A stretch of 64,000 bases of DNA from Planctomycetota bacterium. GTDB taxonomy: Bacteria > Planctomycetota > UBA1135 > UBA2386. The notes under the pieces were generated by a model, which saw nothing but the letters and a program-made list of their open reading frames with translations, was not told the origin of the DNA and made no database searches. The stretch lies in NCBI GenBank assembly GCA_947501605.1, contig CANMWZ010000008.1:32001-96000 (forward strand), given 5' to 3'. Below, in pieces: positions 36,904 to 46,615 of the stretch (its first letter is position 1; each line of letters starts with the position of its first letter). The position numbers were made by a program, and so were the translations under genes.

Positions 36904-38655
36904 TCAGAAGGCCCCAGCACTGCCGCCACTGCGATGGTCGCACACGGCGATGCGCTCGCCATCGTCGCGAATCGCGATGCACTGCACCCGCGCAATCGCG
37001 CGGGGCCGGGGCTCAAACGTGTGCCCCATCGCCGCCAGTTTCTGACGCACGTCGCGAGGCAGTGAGTTCTCCTCCCACATCAGCGAGTCCGGCATCCATT
37101 GGTGATGGATGCGAGGCGCTCGCACAGCGGACTCGAGGGTCATGCCATGGTCTACGACGTTGAGCAGGACCTGCATCACGGCGTTGATGATTCGACCGCC
37201 GCCCGGCGCGCCCAGAACGACCACGACCTTGCCGTCGCGCACCACGATCGTCGGCGTCATCGAGGACAGCATTCGCTTGCCAGGTGCAATGGCGTTGGCT
37301 CGGCCACCGACCAAGCCGAACTGGTTGGGAGTGCCCGGACGAGCGGCAAAGTCATCCATCTCGTCGTTGAGCAAGAAGCCCGCGCCCGCAACCACATCAC
37401 CGCTCCCGAACGTCGCATTGAGCGTCGTCGTGCAGGCCACTGCGTTGCCTGCCTGGTCCACCACCGAGAAGTGGGTCGTGTCGTCGCCCTCGGGGGCCCC
37501 AGGCGGCACGCCAGGCGCAACCTCGCTGCGGCGATCCGTGCGCAGACCCTGCCGCAGCGTAGTCGCATAGTCCTTGGACACGAGTCCTGACGTTGGCACC
37601 GAGACATGGTCAGGATCGCCGAGCCACTTGGCGCGGTCGGCATAGGCACGACGCATGACCTCCGTCAGCAAGTGCAAGGTCTCGCTGCTGCCAAACCCCA
37701 TCGAGCGCAGATCGTAGGGCTCCAACAGGTTGAGCATCTGGAGCAGTGCCACTCCGCCCGAAGAGGGCGGTGGCATCGACAGCACTTCGCAACCACGATA
37801 GGTCCCACGCAACACTTCGCGTTGCACCGGTGCATACGTCGTGAGATCGGCGGCCGTCACGTAGCCGCCATTGCTCGCCATGTGCGCAGCGATCAGTTCG
37901 GCGGTGCGGCCGCGATAGAACCCAGAAGGGCCGGCTTCGGCGAAACGCTCCAATGTGGCCGCAAGATCTGGCTGCATCAGCAGCTCGCCCTGCTTCAGTG
38001 GTTCGCCATCCTTGAAGAAGATTGCTCGAGCGGTCGCGCTGCGGCCCAGGAGCTCACGTTCGTCGCGCAAAGCGGCGGCTAGGAACTGGTCGACCGGGAC
38101 ACCGTGCCTTGCCAGCGCAATCGCTGGCTGAGCCAACTCCCGAAGCGACTTCTTGCCGAACTGCGCCAAGGCGAGGCAGAGACCGGCTGGGCTTCCTGGA
38201 ACCGCGGCTGAGGTCGCACCGTACTGCACCTTTTCGGTGTCGAGTGTGCCATCGGGCCGGAGATACATCGTCGCCGTCGCGGCGGCCGGGGCCTTCTCGC
38301 GAAAGTCGAACGCCGCGGTTTGCCCATCGTGCATGCGCACGATGAGGAAGCCACCGCCGCCGAGGTTGCCGGCCTGAGGGTGTGTCACCGCGAGCGTCAA
38401 TGCGATCGCGACCGCCGCATCGACGGCATTGCCGCCGTCGCGCAGCACTTCGAGTCCGACCGCCGTCGCATGCGGCTCACAGGTCGCAACGGCGGCGTTG
38501 CGGCCGCGTGCGATCATGTCGTTCGGCAGCAGCGCCGGGTTTCGACCATCGCCGTGAACGGCACTGGCAGGCAACAACCACCCCGCCACCACAAAGCCGA
38601 GCGCCACCCTGATGCGCCGCGAGGCTTGACCGCTATCGCGCCCGCGAAGTCTCAT
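36904..38655 (-). CDS. ggt: Gamma-glutamyltransferase
   Basis: GGNAVDAAVA, GNLGGGGF, FDFREKAP, PPPSSGG, autoprocessing site DTTHFSVVD, LNDEMDDF, KRMLSSMTP, GAPGG. Confidence 0.96.
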   Translation of the reverse strand: MRLRGRDSGQASRRIRVALGFVVAGWLLPASAVHGDGRNPALLPNDMIARGRNAAVATCEPHATAVGLEVLRDGGNAVDAAVAIALTLAVTHPQAGNLGGGGFLIVRMHDGQTAAFDFREKAPAAATATMYLRPDGTLDTEKVQYGATSAAVPGSPAGLCLALAQFGKKSLRELAQPAIALARHGVPVDQFLAAALRDERELLGRSATARAIFFKDGEPLKQGELLMQPDLAATLERFAEAGPSGFYRGRTAELIAAHMASNGGYVTAADLTTYAPVQREVLRGTYRGCEVLSMPPPSSGGVALLQMLNLLEPYDLRSMGFGSSETLHLLTEVMRRAYADRAKWLGDPDHVSVPTSGLVSKDYATTLRQGLRTDRRSEVAPGVPPGAPEGDDTTHFSVVDQAGNAVACTTTLNATFGSGDVVAGAGFLLNDEMDDFAARPGTPNQFGLVGGRANAIAPGKRMLSSMTPTIVVRDGKVVVVLGAPGGGRIINAVMQVLLNVVDHGMTLESAVRAPRIHHQWMPDSLMWEENSLPRDVRQKLAAMGHTFEPRPRAIARVQCIAIRDDGERIAVCDHRSGGSAGAF

Positions 38656-38894
38656 CGCTCCGGACCGCCCAGCCTTTCGCCGAACGTGACGCCCTGCGAG
38701 TGCAGGTACTGGATCACGCGGTCGATTTCGGCCTGCTCGCCTTCGAGTTCGAGGGCGATGAACCCGCCCAGGTCCGTGACCGAGGCGCCACGAATGTTGA
38801 CAACGACGTCGAACGAGCGATTGATCTTGTAGAGCAAGGGCTCGCGCACGAGGTCCTGGCTGAACTCGAAGTGGATGTTCTTCTTGGTCTTCAC
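38652..38894 (-). CDS. Stand-alone NIL-domain protein
   Basis: 80 aa; F...LVREPLLY...FDVVVNIRGASV....GFIALELEG pattern; stop overlaps the ggt ATG. Confidence 0.8.
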   Translation of the reverse strand: MKTKKNIHFEFSQDLVREPLLYKINRSFDVVVNIRGASVTDLGGFIALELEGEQAEIDRVIQYLHSQGVTFGERLGGPER

Positions 38895-38965
38895 TGGGTC
38901 GGGGTCCGAACCGGCTGCGATGCCGGGCGAGGATGATACGAATGGCGGGGTCCAGGCGCTCGCAC

Positions 38966-38993
38966 TTGATCCAGAACCGCCGCTCGATACCCT
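38966..38993 (+). promoter_or_regulatory. Candidate sigma-70 promoter of tRNA-Cys
   Basis: TTGATC-N16-TACCCT, ending 15 bp before the tRNA. Confidence 0.4.
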
Positions 38994-39008
38994 CTCCGCC
39001 TCGTTCTT

Positions 39009-39079
39009 GGTCCCGTAGCCAAGTGGTTAGGCAACGGATTGCAAATCCGTCTACGGCGGTTCGATTCCGCCCGGGACCT
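39009..39079 (+). tRNA. tRNA-Cys (GCA); CCA not encoded
   Basis: Acceptor stem GGTCCCG/CGGGACC, D-arm TAGCCAAGTGGTTAGGC, anticodon arm ACGGA-TTGCAAA-TCCGT, T-loop GGTTCGATTCC, discriminator U. Confidence 0.97.
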
Positions 39080-39126
39080 CACTCCTCTCTCGGCCCTCAA
39101 GACCGGCCGCGCAGCGTCTCTCCAAC

Positions 39127-39210
39127 ACTGGCGCCCATTACTGGCGGCCCATTACTGGCGGCCCATCACCGCCGGCAGCCCATCACCGCCGGCGGCCCAT
39201 TACCGCCGGC
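39127..39210. repeat. Imperfect tandem repeat, ~6 units of 13-17 bp (ACTGGCGGCCCATT grading to ACCGCCGGCRGCCCATY)
   Basis: Read directly; between tRNA-Cys and the convergent TIM-barrel gene. Confidence 0.8.
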
Positions 39211-39233
39211 AATCGGCGCCCTGACGGATCGCG

Positions 39234-40214
39234 TCACTTGTTGGCCGGTAGACCCGTGCTGAGTTCGTCGCGCACGCGCTCGAGCAGCGCCTTGGTCGCG
39301 CGAATCCCTTCGTCCTCCGAGAGGCGACCGCCCTCGTACTCGATTCCGATACGGCCACGCCAACCGTGGTCAAGGCAGCAGATGCGCAGCATCTGCCGGT
39401 AGTCGGTGCCGGTCTCATCACCCTTCTCGTCAAAGTCGTGGGACTTGGCCGAGACGCCTTTGGCGAACGGCATGAGTTCGGCCGTGCCGATGTAGCGATC
39501 GTACAGCTCGTCTTTGCTGACGCGGAAGTTGCCAAAGTCCGGCAGCGCCCCCATGCGTGGGTGCCCCACCATCGCCAACACGGTGCTGAGCCACTTGCCG
39601 TTGCTCGACAAGCCCCCGTGGTTCTCGACGATGACGTTCACGCCAGCGGTTTCGCCGTACTCGCATAGACGTCGCAGACCGTCGACCGCGAGCTTCGTCT
39701 GCTCCGCCCACGAACCGCTGCTTTGCGCGTTGACGCGGATCGAGTGGCAACCAAGGCTCCTCGCTGCATCGATCCACTTGTGATGGTTGGCGACTGCCTC
39801 GCTGCGCTTCTTCGCATCCGGATCGCCGAGTGCGCCTTCGCCATCAACCATGATCAGCACGCTTTGAACGCCTTCGCTCTCACAGACCGTCTTTAGGTCC
39901 TTCAGGTACCGAGCGTCCTGCGCCTGTTCCTTCCAGAAGCTGTTCACGTACTCGACCGCGTCGATCCCGTACGCCTTGGCGCGCTTGGGGAAGGTCAGAT
40001 TGTCTTTGCCGTCGCGACCGAGCGTGCGATGCAGGGACCACTGGGCGAGGCTGATGGTGAACAGAGGCTCGCCGCGATCCTGGCCCAAGGCCGGAGTCGC
40101 CGCTTCCGCGGGCAGCCCCAGCAACGAGAAGCCGCCGAGGCCAGCCGCGCCAGTAGCAGCGGCGCGGAGGAACTGACGACGATGTGCGAGCGAGCGAGAG
40201 GAGTCGTGGCTCAT
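39234..40214 (-). CDS. Tat-exported sugar-phosphate isomerase/epimerase (xylose-isomerase-like TIM barrel)
   Basis: HRRQFL Tat motif; SLAQWSLHR, LGCHSIRVN, ENHGGLSS, LPDFGNF, VSAKSHDF, GIEYEG. Confidence 0.9.
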   Translation of the reverse strand: MSHDSSRSLAHRRQFLRAAATGAAGLGGFSLLGLPAEAATPALGQDRGEPLFTISLAQWSLHRTLGRDGKDNLTFPKRAKAYGIDAVEYVNSFWKEQAQDARYLKDLKTVCESEGVQSVLIMVDGEGALGDPDAKKRSEAVANHHKWIDAARSLGCHSIRVNAQSSGSWAEQTKLAVDGLRRLCEYGETAGVNVIVENHGGLSSNGKWLSTVLAMVGHPRMGALPDFGNFRVSKDELYDRYIGTAELMPFAKGVSAKSHDFDEKGDETGTDYRQMLRICCLDHGWRGRIGIEYEGGRLSEDEGIRATKALLERVRDELSTGLPANK

Positions 40215-40310
40215 CGTCGCATTGGAGCGCACACGGACCGGCGCGCAACCGCCGGGTGCCTGCCCACGAGATCTCGGCCTTTACCCGAGGCTCGCGCAGC
40301 CTCTCTCGAC

Positions 40311-42011
40311 TCACATCATGGGCGTCGGCGCCATCGCCGCTGCGTTCGGATCGATCGGGCCGAGGATCTTCTTCGTCACTGCCGACTCGCCAAACGTCCA
40401 GACCATGGACGTGACCATGTAGACCATCAACCCGGCGGCATAGTTGTAGAGCAGCACACCGAACATGAGCGGCATGTAGCGCATGATCTGCTGCATCTGC
40501 CGCTGCTGCGGATCGGTCGGCAACGGCATCTTGGACTGCAGGATCAGCATCAGCGAGATCCAGACCAGTGGCAGGATGTTGAAGTGGCCCGGCCAGAAGG
40601 GCAGCCCGAACAGCATGTCTGGCGCACTGAGATCGCCCATGAACAGGAAGCCCTGATGGCGCAGGTCGTAGGCCGTGCGCAGCGCCGTGAAGAGGCCGAT
40701 GTAGATCGGCATCGTCAGAAAGATGGGCAGGCAACCGCCGAGCGGCGGCATCAGCTTGTTCTCGCGCTGGAATGCGATCATCGCCTGCTGGTAGGCCTTC
40801 GGATCGTCGGCGTATTGCTCCTTGATCTTGTCGAGCTTGGGTTTCACCACGGCCATGCGCTTGCCGTACGCCCGCATCGACTTCTGCATGCGGAAGTTCA
40901 GCGGCGCGAGACAGCCGCGGACGAGGATCGTCAGCAGCATGATCGACACACCCCAGACGCCACACATGCCGTGGAACAAGCCGAGAAGCTTGACCAGCAT
41001 GGTCGCCATGAAGCGACCGCCAGGGATCACGATGCTGCCGCAGCACGGTGGCTCCAGATCGACATCGAGAATCGGCGAGAAGCGCGCATGCTCGGGGCTC
41101 TCGTCGAACACCGAGAACGACTTCGGCCCCAGGTAGAGCCCGAACGACACCGTGCTCGCCGAGCCAATCACCGGGATCGGCAGACGCAACTGCACGAGCG
41201 TGCGAGGCATCGAGCGCGCGGCCACCATGAGATCGGCGTTGGCGATCCGCGGCAGCGACTCGACGTCGACACGGGTCACCGCCGAGCGCGTCGCCTCATC
41301 CATCGGGAACAGGAAGCTGCCGAAAAAGCGGTTGGAGGACCCGGTCATCTCGAAGCGCTGCGCGTCGAACATCATCAGGTCCTGTCGCGCTCCCTCGGCA
41401 CTGGCCCCTACGTGCGCAACCTCACCCGTCTCGGTCGATGCAACTGCCCACGCCGAGGTGCCGAACATCGCCAACTCCGTGCGGTTGACGATTGCGGGAC
41501 CACTCATCTGCAGCATGACGCTGGGGACGGCGGCATCCGCGAGGCGCAGATTCTCGAGCTTCAACTCGATTGCGAAGCCGCGCTGGTCTTGTCGATGACG
41601 GAAGGTCTTGGTGAGCCGCAGTCCGCGAGATGACTCGATGGCGAAGGACACTGCCCCAGGTGCGACGGAGCGGGACCAAGCTTGGTCCCACGGATTCTTG
41701 TCGAACAACGACGTTTCGACTTCACGCACCAACAGCGAGTAGTCGCTGCCATTGCCCACCAGCAGCATGTAGTCAGCGGCGGTCAACTCCTCTGGCTTCT
41801 TCGCTTGCGCCGAGGGCGTGGCGAAGTGATCCATCAACTGCAGGAAGTAGATGCCGGCGCCGCGGTCGTCGAACTTGACGCGAAAACTCCCCTGCTGGCC
41901 AGGTGCGCCGAACTCGTGCGTGAACGCGGGCTCGCTCTGCGCTCGCAGCGAGGCGCTAACGAAGGCGAACAAGAAAGCGATCAGGTAGCGGTACATGCGG
42001 GAATGCGGCAT
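40311..42011 (-). CDS. yidC: Membrane protein insertase YidC
   Basis: LYLGPK, WGVSIMLLTILVR, KPKLDKIKEQY, GGCLP, QQRQMQQIMRYMP, AAGLMVY. Confidence 0.92.
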   Translation of the reverse strand: MPHSRMYRYLIAFLFAFVSASLRAQSEPAFTHEFGAPGQQGSFRVKFDDRGAGIYFLQLMDHFATPSAQAKKPEELTAADYMLLVGNGSDYSLLVREVETSLFDKNPWDQAWSRSVAPGAVSFAIESSRGLRLTKTFRHRQDQRGFAIELKLENLRLADAAVPSVMLQMSGPAIVNRTELAMFGTSAWAVASTETGEVAHVGASAEGARQDLMMFDAQRFEMTGSSNRFFGSFLFPMDEATRSAVTRVDVESLPRIANADLMVAARSMPRTLVQLRLPIPVIGSASTVSFGLYLGPKSFSVFDESPEHARFSPILDVDLEPPCCGSIVIPGGRFMATMLVKLLGLFHGMCGVWGVSIMLLTILVRGCLAPLNFRMQKSMRAYGKRMAVVKPKLDKIKEQYADDPKAYQQAMIAFQRENKLMPPLGGCLPIFLTMPIYIGLFTALRTAYDLRHQGFLFMGDLSAPDMLFGLPFWPGHFNILPLVWISLMLILQSKMPLPTDPQQRQMQQIMRYMPLMFGVLLYNYAAGLMVYMVTSMVWTFGESAVTKKILGPIDPNAAAMAPTPMM

Positions 42012-42072
42012 CGTTGGTCCGGCCTACAGGTCGGCGGTCATGGCGTCGGCGGCGACACTCTGGCTCTTCTGC

Positions 42073-42828
42073 TCAACGCCCTTGAGCCAAGCGATCGGCT
42101 AGGTAGCCGGGCAGTTCGGGGATCGCGCGGATCTTGCGCATAGTCGCTTCGTGGTCGTAGGCGACGCGGTGGAACTGTGCGACCTTGCCATCCAGGGTGA
42201 CGAATGAAGCTCGCGTGTCGCCGTCGCGTGGCTGACCAACAGACCCGATGTTGATGATGACCTTGCCTTCACCCAACTCGTAACGATCGCCGAGTTCGCT
42301 TGGCGGATAGAAGCCGCCACTCTCGTGGAAAAGGCCGGGCACGTGGCTATGGCCGACGAAGCAGAGCTTCGCGCTACCCATGCGCTCGAAGCACTCGCCC
42401 ATCTTGCCGCGGTCCTGGCCGTCGCGCGGGACGAGGTACTCACGAACTGGGTCGCGCGGGGAACCGTGCACCAGCAGCATGTCGCCCTCGCGATAGGTCT
42501 CCTTCATGCCGTCGAGGTACTTCCACAGCCGCATGTTCTCTTCGCGCGGCCGGTCTTTGCGATTGAGCTGGTCGCGAGTCCAGTCGATCGCCGCCCTCGC
42601 CTTGTCGTTGAAGTCCGAGGCATAGAACATGGCACCGTGCTCATGGTTGCCTAGCAACGACAGTTCGGCTCGCCCCATCACCATCAGCAGGGTCTCACGC
42701 GGCTCCGGTCCATAGCCGATCACGTCGCCAAGGCAGAGGACACGTTTGCAGCCGAGCTCGTCAATGCGTTGAAAGCACGCGGTCAGCGCCTCGGTGTTGC
42801 TGTGGATGTCAGAGACGAATGCGATCAT
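42073..42828 (-). CDS. Metallophosphoesterase (calcineurin-like, YfcE/MJ0936-type)
   Basis: SDIHSN, CLGDVIGYG, GNHE, VHGSP, GHSH, GSVGQPRDGD. Confidence 0.92.
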   Translation of the reverse strand: MIAFVSDIHSNTEALTACFQRIDELGCKRVLCLGDVIGYGPEPRETLLMVMGRAELSLLGNHEHGAMFYASDFNDKARAAIDWTRDQLNRKDRPREENMRLWKYLDGMKETYREGDMLLVHGSPRDPVREYLVPRDGQDRGKMGECFERMGSAKLCFVGHSHVPGLFHESGGFYPPSELGDRYELGEGKVIINIGSVGQPRDGDTRASFVTLDGKVAQFHRVAYDHEATMRKIRAIPELPGYLADRLAQGR

Positions 42829-42929
42829 GTCCGGTTCTCGCGGGACCATGGATCGCCCGCGGGGGCGGAGACGGTACCGACGCCAGCGTCCCACTGCCAG
42901 GAACGATCGGCTATCTTGCGGACGAGCCG

Positions 42930-43865
42930 ATGTCTCCGTCACCCCCACCGCGTGGTCCATCCCAGGAACCCCTGTGGGTCGTCACTGGCCCTACCGCCTC
43001 GGGCAAGTCGGCGCTCGCCCTGGAGCTTGCGGAGCGCTGCTCGGGCGAGATCCTGTCAATGGACTCGATGACGGTTTACCGGCGCATGGACCTAGGCACG
43101 GCCAAGCCGACCTCAGCCGAACGAACTCGGGTCCCGCATCACCTCATCGACCTCGTCGAGCCCGACCAGGAGTTTGACACGGCGCGCTGGTGCATCGCCG
43201 CGGCAGCGGCCGTCGACGATGTTCGCGGTCGCGGCCGAAGGCCGATCTTCGTCGGCGGAACCCCGCTCTACCTCATGGCCTTCTTCAAGGGCCTGATGCA
43301 TGGCCCAGCCGCCAATGCCGAACTTCGGCAGCAGCTGGCGGATCGGGAGACAGCGGAGCCAGGGTGCCTTCACCGCCAACTCGAGCAGCTCGATCCAACG
43401 GCTGCGGCGCGCATCCATCGGCACGATCAGCGTCGCGTCGTGCGCGCACTCGAAGTGGTGCTCACCACTGGCAGGCCGATCTCCGAGCAGCAAGAACATT
43501 TCGACCGCGACACATGGTCGCGACCATGCCGTCTCATAGCCCTCAACTGGCCGCGTGAGACCCTGCACGAACGCGTGAAGGCGCGCACCGAGGCCATGCT
43601 CGACAGCGGCCTGCTTGCCGAGGTCGAGGTGATCGAACGTAGCGGCGGCTTCTCGCGGACCGCAGGCGCGGCGATCGGCTACGCCGAGTGCCGCGACTTC
43701 TTGCGCGGCCGCTACAAAGACCGCACGGAGTTGCGCAACCGAATCCGCCGCAACACGCATCACTTGATCCGAAGGCAGAGCACCTGGCTCCGACGACTCC
43801 GTGATGTGCGCTGGCTGCCCGGCGACACCGACGTCGCGGCCATGATGCAGAAGCTAGTTGACTGA
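42930..43865 (+). CDS. miaA: tRNA dimethylallyltransferase
   Basis: GPTASGKS, SMDSMTVYRRMDLGTAKP, PHHLID, VGGTPLY, RVVRALEV, AIGYAE, RRQSTW. Confidence 0.95.
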   Translation: MSPSPPPRGPSQEPLWVVTGPTASGKSALALELAERCSGEILSMDSMTVYRRMDLGTAKPTSAERTRVPHHLIDLVEPDQEFDTARWCIAAAAAVDDVRGRGRRPIFVGGTPLYLMAFFKGLMHGPAANAELRQQLADRETAEPGCLHRQLEQLDPTAAARIHRHDQRRVVRALEVVLTTGRPISEQQEHFDRDTWSRPCRLIALNWPRETLHERVKARTEAMLDSGLLAEVEVIERSGGFSRTAGAAIGYAECRDFLRGRYKDRTELRNRIRRNTHHLIRRQSTWLRRLRDVRWLPGDTDVAAMMQKLVD

Positions 43866-43920
43866 GCGGGGCGCATTCTCGACGTGCGGTGGCCATGCTG
43901 CGCGCTACTCTCAGCCGCCC

Positions 43921-44571
43921 GTGACCGCCCAACCGACTGATCCCGCTGCACTCGTCAGCAAAGCCAAGGCAATGGGTGTTGCGATCGACGAGTCGGCAGC
44001 AGCGTTGCTGCTCGCCTACCTCGACGCGATGCTCACCGTCAACGAGCACATCAACCTGACCGGAGTCCGGGATCGCGAGCAAGCTGTCGTGCTGCACGCG
44101 TTGGACAGCCTTGCCTTCGGACTCACGGAATCGCGACCGTCACATGCCCTCGACCTCGGCACCGGCAACGGCTTCCCCGGGGTGGCGGTGGCGATGCTGC
44201 ATCCGCGAACGTCGGTCGTGCTCCTCGACCGCACGGCGAAGAAGATCCGGGCTATCGGCGCCTGCCTGCTGACAGCTCGCATCCAGGGCGTTGAGACGGC
44301 AACCGTGGATGCGGCGCAGGCTCCTGGCCTGCACAAAGAGATGCGCGGGGCCTTCGATCTCGTAGTAGCACGCGCAGTCGGGGCCCCCGCCGAGATGGCG
44401 CAGATGGCAAAGCCACTGCTGTCCCAAAAGGGTCAACTGGTGCTCTGGCTCGACGCGGCGGCCGAAGCCCCCGCCCAACTCGACGGCATGAAGCGCGAGC
44501 GAGACATCGGCTACGACCTCCCGGAGCCGGCGGCACGGCACCGTCGCTTGGTCATCTACCGCCGCGCGTAG
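43921..44571 (+). CDS. rsmG: 16S rRNA m7G527 methyltransferase
   Basis: NEHINLT, HALDSL, DLGTGNGFPG, FDLVVARAV; GTG start chosen. Confidence 0.92.
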   Translation: MTAQPTDPAALVSKAKAMGVAIDESAAALLLAYLDAMLTVNEHINLTGVRDREQAVVLHALDSLAFGLTESRPSHALDLGTGNGFPGVAVAMLHPRTSVVLLDRTAKKIRAIGACLLTARIQGVETATVDAAQAPGLHKEMRGAFDLVVARAVGAPAEMAQMAKPLLSQKGQLVLWLDAAAEAPAQLDGMKRERDIGYDLPEPAARHRRLVIYRRA

Positions 44572-44600
44572 GCTCGCAGCCCATCGCGTGCAAACAGCGG

Positions 44601-44658
44601 CCCTCGACGGGCCGTTCCCGGCACAGGTCCTTCCCGGAACAGGCGCGTTCCCGGAACA
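44601..44658. repeat. Imperfect 16-17-bp tandem repeat containing TTCCCGG(A/C)ACA x3
   Basis: TTCCCGG at 44615, 44631 and 44648; located at the convergent rsmG/lipoprotein junction. Confidence 0.75.
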
Positions 44659-44711
44659 ACCAAGCCGCCGCGCAGCTACCAGACCCACATTTACGCGGGT
44701 TCGCTTGGCAA

Positions 44712-45086
44712 TCAGCGCGTCGTGATCTCGTCGATCAGCGGCATGCTCGTCACGGTCACGAGGCCGAACCGACCGAGGTGCTCAAGCTTGCTCGTGCTCG
44801 ACGGGTAGTTGACCATCGGATCGTTCTTGTCGTAGTTCCAGAAGTGGCGATCGATGGTGTCGCAGATCTTCATCAGATCGCGGCCAAACGCGTTGTTGCG
44901 GCCGTCATTGCGACGGCGCACGCCGCGGAAGAACGACTCCGTCTCGTACTTGTCCGCGAGGCCTTCCACGTCGCGCAGACCCATGTCGCGCTGTTCCTGG
45001 GTCAAGCCCGAGGAGTGGCCTTGCCACGTGAAGCTCTGGCATGCACCGAGCGAAAGAAGAGCGACAGCGAGGGCGAACTTGCGCAT
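44712..45086 (-). CDS. Hypothetical lipoprotein
   Basis: MRKFALAVALLSLGA-C lipobox; coding-like composition. Confidence 0.75.
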   Translation of the reverse strand: MRKFALAVALLSLGACQSFTWQGHSSGLTQEQRDMGLRDVEGLADKYETESFFRGVRRRNDGRNNAFGRDLMKICDTIDRHFWNYDKNDPMVNYPSSTSKLEHLGRFGLVTVTSMPLIDEITTR

Positions 45087-45325
45087 GGGTCGTGCGAAAA
45101 CGCTGGGGAAGAGGGGTCTTTAGGGGCGAGTGCGACCGCGGGGCACGCGGCGCAGGGGCGGGAAGTTACTAGCCGGAAAACCTGTTCGCAATCACTTCTC
45201 CACGAACTTCCTCGGGCCGAAAACACGCAGGCCTCACGGCGATGCGACCTGAAGGTGGACCGTGGCCGACAACGGATCCCAAAGCCCCCTTGCGGCCCGG
45301 GCCCTCGATTCGCCACGATCCGCGC

Positions 45326-46615
45326 ATGTCTCGCATGATGTGCCCGCGTGGCACGGACGACCTTCTACCCGAAGCCCTGCCGGCCCTCGACCACGTGTTC
45401 GCGGCCTTCCACAGGACCATGGACACGTTTGGCTACCGGGAGATCCGCACGCCGATGTTCGAGGAAACCGCGTTGTTCGTGCGGAGCCTCGGTGACGAAA
45501 GCGATGTCGTCAGCAAGGAGATGTTCAGCGTCCAACGCGGCGATACCAACGTGACCTTCCGCCCTGAAGGTACGGCACCGGTAGTGCGCGCCTACCTGCA
45601 GCACAACCTCGACAAGACCCGCGCCTTTCAGAAGTTCTGGTACGGCGGACCGATGTTTCGCTTCGAACGCCCCCAGGCAGGTCGTAGCCGTCAGTTCTAC
45701 CAGCTAGGCGTCGAGGCTCTCGGCAGTCACAGCCCGCTGCTCGACTCCGAAGTCGTACTGCTGGCCCATCGCGCCTTTGCAGCGATGGGGCTTCGCAACT
45801 ACCGCGTCCACTGCAACTCGATCGGCGACGCGGAAGATCGCACGACATTCCGCCTCGTCCTGCGAGCCTACTTCCAGCCGCTCCTGCAGCAGCGCTGCGA
45901 CGACTGCCAGCGCCGCTTCGAGCGCAACGTGTTCCGCATGCTCGACTGCAAGGTTCCGCAGTGCCAGGCAACCAACAAGGCAGCGCCGCAATTTCTCGAC
46001 CACCTTCGGCCGGCGAGCCGCGCGCGCTTCGACGAATCGCTAGCCGTGCTCCAGGCGTTCGACGTGCCCATCATCGTGGATCCCGGGATCGTGCGTGGCT
46101 TCGACTACTACACGCATCTTGTCTTCGAGGTGCGCTGCCCCGACCTTGGCGCGCGCGACGCGATCTGTGGCGGCGGCCGATACGACGGCCTCATCGAGCA
46201 AATGGGTGGCCCGTCCTTGGGCGCAGTAGGCTTCGCGATCGGCGTCACCCCGACGCTGCTGGCGCTCGAGATCCAGAAGCACCCGGCGATCGCACCGCGC
46301 GAGAACTTCGCCGCGGTGTTCGTGGCGCCAATTGGCGACAGCGAACGCACCGCGGCACTCCGACTGTGCCAACAGTTGCGTGACCAGGGCATCCCCTGCG
46401 ACACGGATTACGAGCAGAAGAGCTTGAAGGCCCAGTTCAAGTCCGCCGACAAGCGCGGAGTCAAAGTGATGTTGGTGCTTGGGCCCGACGAGGTGCAGAA
46501 CGGTCGCGTGCAGGTGCGCGCATTGCATCTAGGCCAGGACCACCAGTTGGCGCTCGACTCCGAACTTGCAGCCCACGTCCGCCAACTGCTCGCGACCACA
46601 AAGACCGCACCGTGA
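45326..46615 (+). CDS. hisS: Histidine--tRNA ligase
   Basis: PRGTDD, TPMFEET, KEMF, RPEGTA, MFRFERPQAGRSRQFYQ, VRGFDYY, GGGRYDGL, KAQFKSADK. Confidence 0.97.
   Translation: MSRMMCPRGTDDLLPEALPALDHVFAAFHRTMDTFGYREIRTPMFEETALFVRSLGDESDVVSKEMFSVQRGDTNVTFRPEGTAPVVRAYLQHNLDKTRAFQKFWYGGPMFRFERPQAGRSRQFYQLGVEALGSHSPLLDSEVVLLAHRAFAAMGLRNYRVHCNSIGDAEDRTTFRLVLRAYFQPLLQQRCDDCQRRFERNVFRMLDCKVPQCQATNKAAPQFLDHLRPASRARFDESLAVLQAFDVPIIVDPGIVRGFDYYTHLVFEVRCPDLGARDAICGGGRYDGLIEQMGGPSLGAVGFAIGVTPTLLALEIQKHPAIAPRENFAAVFVAPIGDSERTAALRLCQQLRDQGIPCDTDYEQKSLKAQFKSADKRGVKVMLVLGPDEVQNGRVQVRALHLGQDHQLALDSELAAHVRQLLATTKTAP

Noticed and set aside
39127..39210. Possible CRISPR array or att site next to tRNA-Cys
   Set aside because: Units are 13-17 bp with no unique spacers; no cas or integrase gene, and I found no duplicated tRNA 3' end in the window.
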